Shown in pieces: positions 40,140 through 50,723 of a DNA stretch of 64,000 nucleotides. Each line of letters opens with the position of its first letter. The first letter of the stretch is position 1. The translations under genes were made by a program, and so were the position numbers. The notes beneath the pieces were generated by a model, which was not told the origin of the DNA, did no database searches, and was given only the letters and a program-made list of their open reading frames with translations. The DNA is from a virus. The stretch lies in the IMG/VR virus record IMGVR_UViG_3300014914_000004, positions 14,678 to 78,677 of that record. One strand, 5' to 3'.

Positions 40140-40706
40140 ATGCAGTTACCTAAAGATTACCTACAGTTATACGGACGACTACAGGTCCGGATATACGACG
40201 TAAAGAGCGGTAGGAAAGACCTCAAACTACGCTTCACTAAAATGAATCAGATTGTTAATGGAGGGCGTGACATGGTTCTGGAGATGCTGGCACAGATTGC
40301 TGGCGACCCAGGCCCCCAAGGAAACCCTTTCTGGAACAATGTCTGGTCCCTAAGTGCGGGGGAAGATCCTACTCCTGCTATGGTAACTCAGACCCAGCTC
40401 GGTTCTCCTGTGTGGACAGGGCAGCTAACCCCTGCAACAGAGCGGGCGTACAATCCTGCACTGTATGAGCTGAATGTTTTGAAGGAGTTTCCTGCAGGTA
40501 CCGGGACAGGCGCAGTGCTTACTGAAGCTGGTATTTTTGTGCGAGGACAGTTTGATGACCCTACTGCAGCAGGTGTTGCTACCTGGGAAGCGATTCCCGG
40601 GAGAAGAATGTACGCAAGACAGACGCACCCCGCAGTTACTAAGGGTGCAACAATGGCAATAGTATACGACTGGCATCTTGGGATGACAGTTCAATCTTCC
40701 CCATAA
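40140..40706 (+). CDS. Baseplate or tail-fibre attachment protein
   Basis: NQIVNGG, LTEAGIF, MYAR and VTK pattern typical of fibre N-terminal adaptors. Confidence 0.6.
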   Translation: MQLPKDYLQLYGRLQVRIYDVKSGRKDLKLRFTKMNQIVNGGRDMVLEMLAQIAGDPGPQGNPFWNNVWSLSAGEDPTPAMVTQTQLGSPVWTGQLTPATERAYNPALYELNVLKEFPAGTGTGAVLTEAGIFVRGQFDDPTAAGVATWEAIPGRRMYARQTHPAVTKGATMAIVYDWHLGMTVQSSP

Positions 40707-40718
40707 AGGAGATGGTCG

Positions 40719-43397
40719 ATGTCTGACCAGAATATTTATTTTGAGCATGCTGGTGATACCGGTGAGCGCGCTGATGCTGAATCGATTGAGCCTTACAATG
40801 ATGGGGAGCCTGCTGGCCAGACGGTGTTCCGTAGGCCTCCAGAGAACCTGAGGTACCGAACAGAAGTGTTACGTACTGCAGGAGAAGACGGCAAGTACTT
40901 ACAAGACTCCGATATGCGTTGGCTCATTTCCGGAGGCAACGATGTGGGTGCGGCTGCTGGGAGTCTGATGCCTACGGTTACGTGGGATAAAACTGCGGGA
41001 TCTTTTATAATTTCAAATAACATTGTAGTGCAGCCAATGAGTACTCCTGCAGCAGACGCGAAAGCGTCTAAGGCGTACACGTTTGGAGTAGCTCCTACTG
41101 ATGTGGTCTTCACGTTTACGTCGCTTCTGTTTGCATATGAAGGAGCCAATCAGCGGAGAATTGTGTGGGAGGCTAAGCCATCGGCAGAGATCCCTGGAGG
41201 GGTGTGTAGCGCCGTGGTGTCTGGTGATCCAGAGCATATCCTGACAATCACAGTAAAGGACACCTGGGATACTCAGGCGCAAGACGTAGATAACGCACTG
41301 ACAGCTATCGCGGTTGATCTGGTTACCATGGGGATCTCCTACACCATGGTAGGTATCGTGAGTGTAAACATCTCTGCTCTCCCTACAGACGCGGATTTCG
41401 TTCTCAATTCTACGTGGGAACGTGAACTACATTACATCACTCCAGCACAGATTGTAGACTTCTTTACGGCACCAGCGAATGCGTTAGCTGATGGGGACAC
41501 TCTCAGTATCTGGTACGACTGGCTCTACGATGACATCAGTGGAAACAATGGAGGAAGGAGACAGTCCTCCACCTCCACAGTAGACATAGGTACAGGCTTC
41601 CCGCCAAATACCCATGTCACATCAGGCCAGATGTTTAAGACTACCGCGGAGGCGGAGAAGATTCCTCTTTCGATCCCGCTTTGTAAGCGTATAGGCGATG
41701 ACCTTATATTCATAGACGGTACCGTAGTTAAAGGGGATGCAGTACACCCTGAAGGGTATACAAATCTGCCTTTCTCCACTAACGGGTACATCACAGATGC
41801 CGCCCTAACATGGTGGGTACTGAGTGGGTACTTAACTCCTCATACCCACGACGGGCAGTCCGTATCGGATTGGCCTATCATCGCAGATACTCTTCAGGTT
41901 AACCTGGAAGCACTGCAGGTTTATCTCAATGACAAAGGTTCTCTTATTGCGAATGAGACCGCCACAGGGGACTGGGCAATAGATGGAGACTGGGTATTCC
42001 GTGCTCTGGCCGAGTTCCGAGGACGTATTGACCTTGAGCACTCAGCGTATATTCGAGGAGAAGCAGTTGCACAAAATGTTGCAGCGCTCCTATTCCGCTC
42101 TAACGGGATCACCTCAGATGCAGCAGTAGAGGCCACAACAGTTTCCACGTACGCTTTTGATTGGCGACCTACTGTTGCCGATCCTGCTGTAGGTACATAT
42201 GTTACGCTGACTGGAGCGTGGCTTGAAATAGACCTGACGGTACCGGCAACTCCGGTAATCATCCTGCACGTAGCTCCAGGGACAACTCCCGGAACACGTA
42301 CACAGGTACTACTGCATATTGAAGCCGGAAGCCACCATGAGAGCCTTGCATGGGATACTACTGCTGGAACTACGGTGACACTGGGAGTAACTTCTCCTGA
42401 TTACAATTTTAAGCTAGCTCCTGCAACAGGGTCGAATTCAGGTACGGCTGAATACAAAGGTGCTTCGTTTGAGTTTTTACGTTCGGATGTACACGTAGAA
42501 CAAGAGGCGTTGATCCATAACATATTGCGACTGTGTAATAGCGGCTACAGTCCTACGACTACTGACGGCAAGATACTGTTATCCAGTTCACAAGATGACT
42601 CTAATGAGTGGAAGCTCTACAAAGAAACACCATACAGTGCTACGTTGCCGGGAGTGCAGTGGTATTACAAAGATGCGGCTGGAGTATCTGGAACGTATGC
42701 GGAGCCGGGTTTGTGGTACCGCATGGCAATTAACTGTAGGTGGACAGCTGGAACACCTGCCACGTGGACACAAGTAGACTCCCACGTACCTAGTAGGATG
42801 GTTGAATACACCCCTATGGGAGTACGTACATACCAAAAAGACGCTTTTGGCGGGTCGCCTATTGTACCTTGGGACGATACGCCTAACGCTGGAGACTGGG
42901 ATGATTTCTGGGAGAGCGAGCCAAGAGTAAGAGCTGGAGTGCGATACCCGGACGGGTCTAATATTGCTACAGACTACTCTACCGCATTTCCTGTCTCAAA
43001 GGTATTTGCACAGTCTTTCCCCACTGCTGGTTATGAAGAAGTGCTAGATAATATTATGGACTGGAGAGGTAGGCGGGCCTTTATTCGTGCTGTGGTATGT
43101 GAAGATCTCACAATTCTAGGCGACGATGGAGCGGCAGAAGATGCGTTAGAGGCTCGTTTTGCACTTGAAAAGATAGCGGTACTTACGTCGGCACCTACGA
43201 CTAAAACTTATAAGTTTGAACAAGCATGGCCTGGTAGGGCGGACTTCGGTGCGACAAGTGTGTATATTATCGAGCGAGACATCAATCACTATATCGAGGT
43301 ATACGTTAAGCCTGATGGGAATTTGGCTGCTAAGTCGAACGTTTCCGGTATGAGCGCTATTGTCTGGATTACGCCTACCACTAAGGGCGTCTATTGA
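40719..43397 (+). CDS. Tail fibre / structural protein
   Basis: AAGGAG SD; FRRPPENLRYRTEVLR fibre N-terminal motif. Confidence 0.55.
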   Translation: MSDQNIYFEHAGDTGERADAESIEPYNDGEPAGQTVFRRPPENLRYRTEVLRTAGEDGKYLQDSDMRWLISGGNDVGAAAGSLMPTVTWDKTAGSFIISNNIVVQPMSTPAADAKASKAYTFGVAPTDVVFTFTSLLFAYEGANQRRIVWEAKPSAEIPGGVCSAVVSGDPEHILTITVKDTWDTQAQDVDNALTAIAVDLVTMGISYTMVGIVSVNISALPTDADFVLNSTWERELHYITPAQIVDFFTAPANALADGDTLSIWYDWLYDDISGNNGGRRQSSTSTVDIGTGFPPNTHVTSGQMFKTTAEAEKIPLSIPLCKRIGDDLIFIDGTVVKGDAVHPEGYTNLPFSTNGYITDAALTWWVLSGYLTPHTHDGQSVSDWPIIADTLQVNLEALQVYLNDKGSLIANETATGDWAIDGDWVFRALAEFRGRIDLEHSAYIRGEAVAQNVAALLFRSNGITSDAAVEATTVSTYAFDWRPTVADPAVGTYVTLTGAWLEIDLTVPATPVIILHVAPGTTPGTRTQVLLHIEAGSHHESLAWDTTAGTTVTLGVTSPDYNFKLAPATGSNSGTAEYKGASFEFLRSDVHVEQEALIHNILRLCNSGYSPTTTDGKILLSSSQDDSNEWKLYKETPYSATLPGVQWYYKDAAGVSGTYAEPGLWYRMAINCRWTAGTPATWTQVDSHVPSRMVEYTPMGVRTYQKDAFGGSPIVPWDDTPNAGDWDDFWESEPRVRAGVRYPDGSNIATDYSTAFPVSKVFAQSFPTAGYEEVLDNIMDWRGRRAFIRAVVCEDLTILGDDGAAEDALEARFALEKIAVLTSAPTTKTYKFEQAWPGRADFGATSVYIIERDINHYIEVYVKPDGNLAAKSNVSGMSAIVWITPTTKGVY

Positions 43398-43876
43398 AAA
43401 AAAGCCGTCCCCGGAGAAACGCTTATCGTAGCCTGCGCTCCACTCTGCAACCACACCATTATTCCATTAGCCAGATCTGTCTTAGGTGTAGCTGCCCCTG
43501 GGGAAGCAATAGATGCCAGGTTGGACATCAGGTTCACGGGAGCCGGCTTACCTATCACAGCGCTCGCAATAGCCCACATGCCAGCAATGTTGGTGTTGAG
43601 ATACGCAAGAAACGCAGCTTCCATAAGCGCGCCACTTGAAGCGGGATCTAACGGTGCAGTGAACGCCTGAGTGAGAGGGCCTATCATGGCTTGTTTGGCG
43701 GCGGGAGAAAGATTGGTGCCCATCGTGATGGGTGTCCCATTGAGGGACGCATAGCCAAAAAAAGTCGCAAAGATATCTGTGAAGGCCGCAGCTGCATCTA
43801 CCGGCTGAGCCAATGGTTTTTGATCATATGCTTTTAGATCAAGAATGAATTGGCTCAGACCGGCAGGCAACGGCAT
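43391..43876 (-). CDS. Hypothetical Ala-rich protein
   Basis: ATG 43876 with GAGG SD. Confidence 0.55.
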   Translation of the reverse strand: MPLPAGLSQFILDLKAYDQKPLAQPVDAAAAFTDIFATFFGYASLNGTPITMGTNLSPAAKQAMIGPLTQAFTAPLDPASSGALMEAAFLAYLNTNIAGMWAIASAVIGKPAPVNLMSNLASIASPGAATPKTDLANGIMVWLQSGAQATISVSPGTAFFQ

Positions 43877-43880
43877 GACT

Positions 43881-44090
43881 TTACCTCGTAAAGGACGTAC
43901 TTGAGAGGGGGAGCATTTCCTCCAGCTCAAAGTATTCAGTTGGACGTGAGAATTGAAGTCTTAGTTTATCTGTACCCCGTAAACATTTAAGGCACAGGGC
44001 ACACACGACTTTGTTGTTCTGAGTTACAACCAGAGCGTCATTGTCAAAGACATTGTCGCATCCTTCGAACTCACAGATTATGTTATCCAT
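43881..44090 (-). CDS. Small zinc-binding protein
   Basis: CEFEGC and CALCLKC; AGGAG SD. Confidence 0.55.
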   Translation of the reverse strand: MDNIICEFEGCDNVFDNDALVVTQNNKVVCALCLKCLRGTDKLRLQFSRPTEYFELEEMLPLSSTSFTR

Positions 44091-44099
44091 ATCAGTCTC

Positions 44100-46730
44100 C
44101 TATCCGCACACTCCACTATTATAGGAGCAGTTGCGGCATGTTGTACAGGTACCAGTTCGGACTAGCGGGTGTCCACACGTCGGACAGGTATCCTCACTTA
44201 GGTCTGGGATATCCGAAAGACTCGGTGCAGGCACTTCCGAGTCTGTGTCGAGGAACTTCAGACGTAGCCATCGAGCAGTGTAGTCCATTATAGACTGTGC
44301 CATTTGGATATCGGGGTTCTTCGTTATGCCGGAGGGCGGGAACTTGGAGCCTTCCATGTGGGAGATGAGCTCCTCGAGGGGTATCCCATACTGGAGTGCT
44401 TTGGAGAAGAGCGTAGCGTAACTGTCGAGCAGCCCTCCTACTGTAGACCCGAATCGTGCTACACGAATGAACAGCTCCATAGGCTCTTTGGTTTCAGGAT
44501 TCAATCCTATGTGGAAGTACCCGTGGTGTGTGCCTATCTGGAACCCATGTCTGTGTGTAGGAAGATCCTCGGGAGGCTTTATCCGTTGAGGTATCTGTCG
44601 GACATCTGTCTTTTGCTTGAGCTCTGTAATCCTAAGAGGCTCACTCATCTTTGAGCCACGTCGATATAGAGCAACACACTTCAGCTTCATTTCCCAGGCA
44701 CGAAGGAGAGCTCTTTCCACATCTTTCACAGATGCTTCGTGTGGCATGTTGAACGTCTTAGACACCGCTCCTGACAGGAAAGGTTGCACTGCAGCCACCA
44801 TTCCAATATGTCCCTCTACCGAAATGTGCCGTGTTTGTCCCGGCACCGTCAGCGCACAGTCGAATATCGGTAAGTGCTCAGAGGCCAACAGCGTATCTTC
44901 CAAGTGGCCTTTCTCTTGTATCTGGACATACAGTGTAGCTATCTCTTCTTCTGTATATTCCAGTGCCTGAAGAGCCTCAGTTACGTTGGGATTAACGTAA
45001 GTCATCAGCCCTCCACCTACCATGGACTTCGTTTTCTGGAGGCTTATGTCAGGTTCGATTCCTGTAGTAGCTACTCCCATCATGAATCCAGTGGTCCCTG
45101 TAGGAGCCAGGAGCGTCACCTGTGCGTTTCGGAACCCGGTAGCCTGTTCTACAGATTTCCTGCGTCCCAGGCCTATCCCCGTAACGTCCTGCCACGCTTT
45201 CACGGCAACTCCCTGGAGCGTGAGAACGTCTTTGTTCAGCTTCTTTGTATCGGAGTAGTGGAGGTCAATAACGTCTGACATGGAAGATTGGTTTGCTTCA
45301 TAGTGGCTGAAGGGTTCCAGACGTGCGGCAATATATGAACTCATGAGGTATGCCTGAGCGGTCATCAGACTTGTAATAGATGCGGCTACGTTCCTGCCTT
45401 CGTCACTGTCGTATGGGAGCGCCATGTGCATCAGCAGGCCGCCCAGGTTAGCGTACCCCAGGCCCAATGGGCGATAAGAAATGCTGTTTTTCCTGATAGC
45501 TTTTGTAGGATAGGCTCCTAACTCTACCAGAATATCCTGCGCGAGAATCATAACGTTAACTACGTGCTTGAAGCGCGTGGTATCAAAAGTAGTTGCGTCA
45601 ACCAGGAAGCGGTCCAGATTGATACTGGCCAGGTTACACGCAGAGTCTTTCAGCCATAGAAACTCACTGCAGGGATTGGAGCCAGTTATCTCCCCGTCTC
45701 CGGAGCAGGTATTGTAGTTGTTTATCGTGTCGTGGAACTGCACTCCCGGGTCACCACAAGCGTGCGCAGCTTTTGCTATTTGTGTGAATAGTGCTTTGGA
45801 AGAAACTGTTTTTGCTGTGTCCCCTCCTACTCTATTGACGAGCTTCCAATCTACGTCTGGGCGATAGCCACGTACGATCTCCTGGATATTCTGCATGAAC
45901 TCGTCTGTTAGGCGTACGGAGTTGTTACCGCTCTGGTGCTTAGCGTGAATGTATGCGCTGTTAGGGTCGTTCCATTCAGGAGTGATTCCGCCCTCAGCCA
46001 GAACCTCAACTATCCGTTCCTCCTTTACCTTACATTCAATAAATTCTTCAATGTCCGGATGGTCTGCGTCAAGCATCACCATACGGGCGGCTCTACGCAT
46101 CCTTCCTCCAGACAGGATCACATTAGCGAAGGCATCGTACCCTTGCATAAAGGACACGGGCCCTGACGCAGTGCCTCCTCCTTTGAGCTTCTCAGTGGAT
46201 GCGCGCAAGGGTGACAGGTTGACGCCACTCCCCGAACCATCTTTAAAGATCATACCTTCTACTTTGGCGAGGTCTAAGATGGAGGACATATCGTCAACTA
46301 TGGAATTGATGAAGCACGCAGATACCTGCGGGTTCTTCACGCCTGCAACTCCCACGTTAAACCAGACCGGGGAGTTGAAGGTGGCTAACTGGTGGACTAG
46401 AATGTACGTCAGTTCTTTACTGAACACAGCGGCTTCTGCGTCATCCGCAAAGTATTGCTGTTCGACGCCACTAGACGTAATGGCCTTCACTACGCGGTGA
46501 ATCATTGAGCGAATGCTGGTTTCGGGAGTTCCATCAGTTCTGGATTCTTTGAAGTACTTGCTGGCTACTACTTGCCGAGATTCATCGCTCCAGTCAGCGG
46601 GGAACTCTGCATCGAGACACTCGTAGATAGTATTGCCATCTTTGTCCTTGGTTGTGATGTCGGTTTTTTCCCATTGAATTTGGGCGAACGGATCTTCTTC
46701 TTCTGTGAACAATTGCTTGAGTTGAAACAT
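44100..46730 (-). CDS. nrdJ: Class II (B12-dependent) ribonucleotide reductase
   Basis: FNSPVWFN, SACFI, GSGSG, RRAARM, NPCSE, ACNLAS, APTGT, GAVSKT, TSCPD-like domain, C-terminal Zn ribbon ending CG. Confidence 0.95.
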   Translation of the reverse strand: MFQLKQLFTEEEDPFAQIQWEKTDITTKDKDGNTIYECLDAEFPADWSDESRQVVASKYFKESRTDGTPETSIRSMIHRVVKAITSSGVEQQYFADDAEAAVFSKELTYILVHQLATFNSPVWFNVGVAGVKNPQVSACFINSIVDDMSSILDLAKVEGMIFKDGSGSGVNLSPLRASTEKLKGGGTASGPVSFMQGYDAFANVILSGGRMRRAARMVMLDADHPDIEEFIECKVKEERIVEVLAEGGITPEWNDPNSAYIHAKHQSGNNSVRLTDEFMQNIQEIVRGYRPDVDWKLVNRVGGDTAKTVSSKALFTQIAKAAHACGDPGVQFHDTINNYNTCSGDGEITGSNPCSEFLWLKDSACNLASINLDRFLVDATTFDTTRFKHVVNVMILAQDILVELGAYPTKAIRKNSISYRPLGLGYANLGGLLMHMALPYDSDEGRNVAASITSLMTAQAYLMSSYIAARLEPFSHYEANQSSMSDVIDLHYSDTKKLNKDVLTLQGVAVKAWQDVTGIGLGRRKSVEQATGFRNAQVTLLAPTGTTGFMMGVATTGIEPDISLQKTKSMVGGGLMTYVNPNVTEALQALEYTEEEIATLYVQIQEKGHLEDTLLASEHLPIFDCALTVPGQTRHISVEGHIGMVAAVQPFLSGAVSKTFNMPHEASVKDVERALLRAWEMKLKCVALYRRGSKMSEPLRITELKQKTDVRQIPQRIKPPEDLPTHRHGFQIGTHHGYFHIGLNPETKEPMELFIRVARFGSTVGGLLDSYATLFSKALQYGIPLEELISHMEGSKFPPSGITKNPDIQMAQSIMDYTARWLRLKFLDTDSEVPAPSLSDIPDLSEDTCPTCGHPLVRTGTCTTCRNCSYNSGVCG

Positions 46731-46733
46731 TTT

Positions 46734-47291
46734 TTACATGCCTTTGGTGTAAGTAAAGTGGGCACGGTCTTTGTGCACGGTCTCCCTTATACCGTGAATT
46801 ACCTCTAATTGATGACGCTTCACAGGAGGGGTATCGAAGAACCCCTGCGCTAGGTGTGCGAGCCATGCAGCGTCCGCTTCATCATCGGGCAGCAGGATAC
46901 CCCACTCTTTTTTCGCTGCTGCAATCATTTTGTTCTTGGTAGCTGCGCCGTGGGCAGCACCGTATTTCTTTAGCTGTGCAGGAGGAATAACCAGGAACGG
47001 AAGCTTGAATTGGAGCAACGCCAGGAGGAGGACCCCCCGTACTTGTCCCATGTCGTCTGCTCGAGTATTCGCGTTGTACGCTGCCCCTTCGATACAGGCC
47101 CCGCTTAGCTCTGCGCCTTTTTCAGTTAGGAGCGTATGTACTCGGTCATGGATCTCAAATAGGCGGTCTGCCCCTTTGCACTGGGTTTTTATTGTCTCAG
47201 TGTACAGGCTACCCTGGATGAGAATTGCGAGGCCCGTGCTGCGAGGAGAAGGATCAATCCCTAGGTAACTTCTTGACGGTAGTGTTGACAT
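46734..47291 (-). CDS. ruvC: RuvC-like Holliday junction resolvase
   Basis: YLGIDPS, STG, CIEG, PAQLKK, ATK, DDEADA. Confidence 0.9.
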   Translation of the reverse strand: MSTLPSRSYLGIDPSPRSTGLAILIQGSLYTETIKTQCKGADRLFEIHDRVHTLLTEKGAELSGACIEGAAYNANTRADDMGQVRGVLLLALLQFKLPFLVIPPAQLKKYGAAHGAATKNKMIAAAKKEWGILLPDDEADAAWLAHLAQGFFDTPPVKRHQLEVIHGIRETVHKDRAHFTYTKGM

Positions 47292-47336
47292 GGCTTACTA
47301 TTTTTGGCAGATAATACGAGAAAGGTCAAACGGTAA

Positions 47337-48014
47337 ATGGCCCAGCTAACCATTGAATACGATAAAGATATTTTGGGCTCAGGGTACTACATGAAAACTG
47401 AAGTGCTGCCGTTTCCTGCGACGGAACCTGCCGGCACTTTGGAGGAGTCCATCATAATCCAGGAAGCAAGTACCTCGCAGGACGAACGTATCCTGCGTAT
47501 TGCGAATCCTACAGAACTCGTGGATCTGGCAGTGGCCACTCCTTTGGTGTTCTACAATGCTACAGAGTTTTCTGGCGTGACCGTCAATCCAGGAGACACC
47601 TTACGTCTACCTATGCGGGATGAGTGGGTGAAGCTCGGACACGTAGGTACGTTCCTGGACTTCATGGTTCTCGCACAGTTCGGTGCGATAATTGAAATTG
47701 ATGTTGCGGGTGCGGTGTATCCTTTCCCCTCTTTCTGTCGCGGGTCATTCCAGGTTTATTCCGGGTACCCAGGGCCCTCAGGACCTCTTCCCTGGCCGAT
47801 ACCGTACAGCACAGGAACCAACGGATACACTGTTCGAAACAGTATCGGCAACTCAGATGCAGTGCGTATTTCAGAGCACGTAGATATGTTCGCGGATATC
47901 ACTGTAGGGGCGAATAAGCAGGCAGCTCTTAGCTCTGAAGCACAGGCGCTCGTGGATGCCACGAATATAGACGAGACGGAATTCTCCGGAATAGACATTG
48001 AGGTATACGAATGA
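47337..48014 (+). CDS. Hypothetical, probably structural protein
   Basis: First gene of a coupled three-gene + strand block; acidic. Confidence 0.55.
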   Translation: MAQLTIEYDKDILGSGYYMKTEVLPFPATEPAGTLEESIIIQEASTSQDERILRIANPTELVDLAVATPLVFYNATEFSGVTVNPGDTLRLPMRDEWVKLGHVGTFLDFMVLAQFGAIIEIDVAGAVYPFPSFCRGSFQVYSGYPGPSGPLPWPIPYSTGTNGYTVRNSIGNSDAVRISEHVDMFADITVGANKQAALSSEAQALVDATNIDETEFSGIDIEVYE

Positions 48015-48382
48015 GTGTCACTATTGACCTTAGGGTTGTGCAGTCGCTTATTGAGGGCGGAGGTTACCGCGTAAAGATGGACGTGCTATACGCTACAGGG
48101 ATTGCTCCTGAAATTTTCGTGTACACTGCCGACTGCAATGAGTTCTCACACGTAGCTACCCCATTTGACATAGAAAATATCCCGTACGTTACTTCGGAAG
48201 AGGCAGAACTCCACGGCTACAATTACTACCGAAAAGCAGGGGTAATAGAAGACCGTAATACGGTAGAGAGTGCCGAAGCTTATTCGAACTACACAAAAGA
48301 ACGAGTAGCATTTTTAGCAAGAGAGTTCCCGAAAGCTATTGACGGCTTCGAAGGAACTAACGACTACACGTACACAGGATAG
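48011..48382 (+). CDS. Hypothetical, probably structural protein
   Basis: ATGA overlap; IFVY and FSHVATPFDIE resemble the next gene. Confidence 0.55.
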   Translation: MSVTIDLRVVQSLIEGGGYRVKMDVLYATGIAPEIFVYTADCNEFSHVATPFDIENIPYVTSEEAELHGYNYYRKAGVIEDRNTVESAEAYSNYTKERVAFLAREFPKAIDGFEGTNDYTYTG

Positions 48383-48384
48383 CA

Positions 48385-49440
48385 ATGTTAACTACAACAG
48401 TAGACCAGGAATGTCTCCAGGAAATGTTAGCGGACGGTACGCTGAAGTACACGATCATCACTACTGTGGTGGACAAAGGGGAACTACCTTACCTGCAGTT
48501 CTTTGTGTACAGCGTAGTCGACCCTGCTGATCCTAAAGATGACACCTTCGAGCGTGTAGGTAATCCTTACGACTTGGAGAACGTTAACAATAACCGCACC
48601 GCTGCAATTATTGCAGGAGAGACTACGTACCTATCGTCAGAACTTCGGAGAGAGTATTTAACGCTGGATGTCGCAGTACAGGCAAAAGACGCCGTAAAGT
48701 CTCGCGTTAATGACGGAGTAAAGGCCTGGTACACATACGTCACTGAGTTTGAAGGGTCTTCTTCTGATGTATACCCCACAGTAGATCCTTCCTACGAACA
48801 GGCGCTTATCAACGCGTACACTGCAGCCAAGGTGGCTCGCGTTGCTGCGGAAGGTACCGTAACTGACGCAGACACTGATGTAACTGTCGCTGAAGCGGAG
48901 GCGTCTGCTGCCGCACAGATTGTTGCTATCTATCAGAGTGAAAAATCTTTCTGTGACTCAGCCCGACTGGTGGCATGGACAAATTACTACGGTGCGGTAG
49001 GCTCATTCTCTTCCAGCATTGTAACGCAGAACAACAGATACAGCGGGTTCATTACGAGTATCACTGCGGCTTATGATGCTCACTCTGGGTCTACTTACCC
49101 GGTAGCACCTACAGATCCCGACTGGAGCACGGTATTCACTGCACTGAATTCTTACAGTAGTGACCCTGCAAATTTCCAAACAGGACCTCTCGCACTATTC
49201 CAGTCCTCGGAAAACTACGGAGCTACATTGGATGCTGAGTTTGCAGCATTCTGTGCCGCTGCAGCGGCGAACTACACAGCCGCTCTTGGACAGAAACAAG
49301 CTAAAGACCAGGCCGTTGCAACTTCAGTGACAGCAAAAGAAGAGGCCGAAGCCTCTTTAGTAGTAGCACAAGAGGCGGAGGACACGGCCCTAGCTGCAGT
49401 AGTAGCCGTGTGCCCCACGTTTGATCCTCTTAGTGTTTAG
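48385..49440 (+). CDS. Hypothetical structural protein with Ala-rich coiled coil
   Basis: FFVY and FERVGNPYDLE; long Ala-rich helices. Confidence 0.55.
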   Translation: MLTTTVDQECLQEMLADGTLKYTIITTVVDKGELPYLQFFVYSVVDPADPKDDTFERVGNPYDLENVNNNRTAAIIAGETTYLSSELRREYLTLDVAVQAKDAVKSRVNDGVKAWYTYVTEFEGSSSDVYPTVDPSYEQALINAYTAAKVARVAAEGTVTDADTDVTVAEAEASAAAQIVAIYQSEKSFCDSARLVAWTNYYGAVGSFSSSIVTQNNRYSGFITSITAAYDAHSGSTYPVAPTDPDWSTVFTALNSYSSDPANFQTGPLALFQSSENYGATLDAEFAAFCAAAAANYTAALGQKQAKDQAVATSVTAKEEAEASLVVAQEAEDTALAAVVAVCPTFDPLSV

Positions 49441-50723
49441 CGGATTGAGTGGTCGAATCTCCCCCAATTTAGGTAGAGACCTTCCCAGCTTTGGATGATG
49501 GTGTTCCAGGGAAGATGTCCTTCTCTCCCTCTCGCATATCTCAGTGTGTACCCTGCGCGAGGGTGTCCTTCGAGGTAGTGCTTAGGGTAGCTCGTAGTTC
49601 TCCACCCATTTTGGTTGGTTGGGCTGTACGTTTCCCTGGCGGCTGCCAGTAGAATACCTAGTTGCAGGTTGGTCAGTTTCCCGTAGCGGTCATCGTCCCA
49701 CTTCCTGTCGTAGCCGTGAGACTGGATTACCCTTTCTGCTTCTTTGAACGTTTTGAAAGGTGTGAAATTAAACCAGCTTGCAGTGGTCCTCCGGAGACCG
49801 AATTGGAGCGTCTGGTCAGGTGACTCTAGGTGGAACGTAAGTGCGTATAGCCTGCGGTTGTACCTGGCGTGGAGGCGGCCGCTGTTAATGAGCAGATATT
49901 TAATCTGCGCACGGGTAAAAGGTATATGTGTTTTCGCTACTGACGCAGCACTGTACTCCTTTTCAGATTTGAGGTAAGGCGAAGGGCACCACTTCACTTC
50001 TGTGTCACAGACGGACTGTACTAGGCACCGTGAACATTCTGTCTTCTTGAATTTAATTACCCGATGAGCTTCTCTTCCTCCTTTCGCTGCGGACTCGAGG
50101 TTCTCGGATACATTAGCGAAGCTGTGCTGGTTTATCGGACGGTCGTTCTGGGTAAAGTACGCTGTCCGCGTATGCGCAGGACTTATGTATGTGAATGGTC
50201 CTATCGTAGTTTCAAGATGTTCCAGGACGTCCAGCAGGTCCTCTTCTGCGCGGTACCCGTACTCACGGGGAGTGGTCAGTAGCTCCCTAATCCTACACAT
50301 CGCCGGTACCTCATCGGCCTTAAGGCGGATGCACTCATGGCATCCTAGGGCGTATTTGTGTGGAAGAGAGCACGAATCGTATGTCTGAGAAAGGTCTACG
50401 TGCTCCATCTCTGATGGGCTGCCGTTAATGTAGATACAGTCCCCCCTCTTTGCCGTAGATAATTGTCGGGCCAGGTAACCGTCTGTCTCAGACGTAACGC
50501 GAATCACAGGATGAGGTACTGGGATATCGTGGCTGTATACGATGTTGGGATGCCCTACAAGCTTGTGCACCAACGCAGTGTTTTGTATTAGCTCAAAGGT
50601 CTCCGGAGACAGTATGTTATCTTCAGGGTCAAGTGATGAGAATAGAAGCTCAGTGTTTCCTGATGGACCTACTGCATAGGTGAATACACGGTTAAGCTGT
50701 TGGATGCGTTTTGTTTTTGTCAT
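49437..50723 (-). CDS. Cys-cluster protein coupled to the RT
   Basis: Overlaps the RT stop by 32 nt; clusters C..GCHEC..C and CSRCLVQSVCDTEVKWC. Confidence 0.6.
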   Translation of the reverse strand: MTKTKRIQQLNRVFTYAVGPSGNTELLFSSLDPEDNILSPETFELIQNTALVHKLVGHPNIVYSHDIPVPHPVIRVTSETDGYLARQLSTAKRGDCIYINGSPSEMEHVDLSQTYDSCSLPHKYALGCHECIRLKADEVPAMCRIRELLTTPREYGYRAEEDLLDVLEHLETTIGPFTYISPAHTRTAYFTQNDRPINQHSFANVSENLESAAKGGREAHRVIKFKKTECSRCLVQSVCDTEVKWCPSPYLKSEKEYSAASVAKTHIPFTRAQIKYLLINSGRLHARYNRRLYALTFHLESPDQTLQFGLRRTTASWFNFTPFKTFKEAERVIQSHGYDRKWDDDRYGKLTNLQLGILLAAARETYSPTNQNGWRTTSYPKHYLEGHPRAGYTLRYARGREGHLPWNTIIQSWEGLYLNWGRFDHSIR

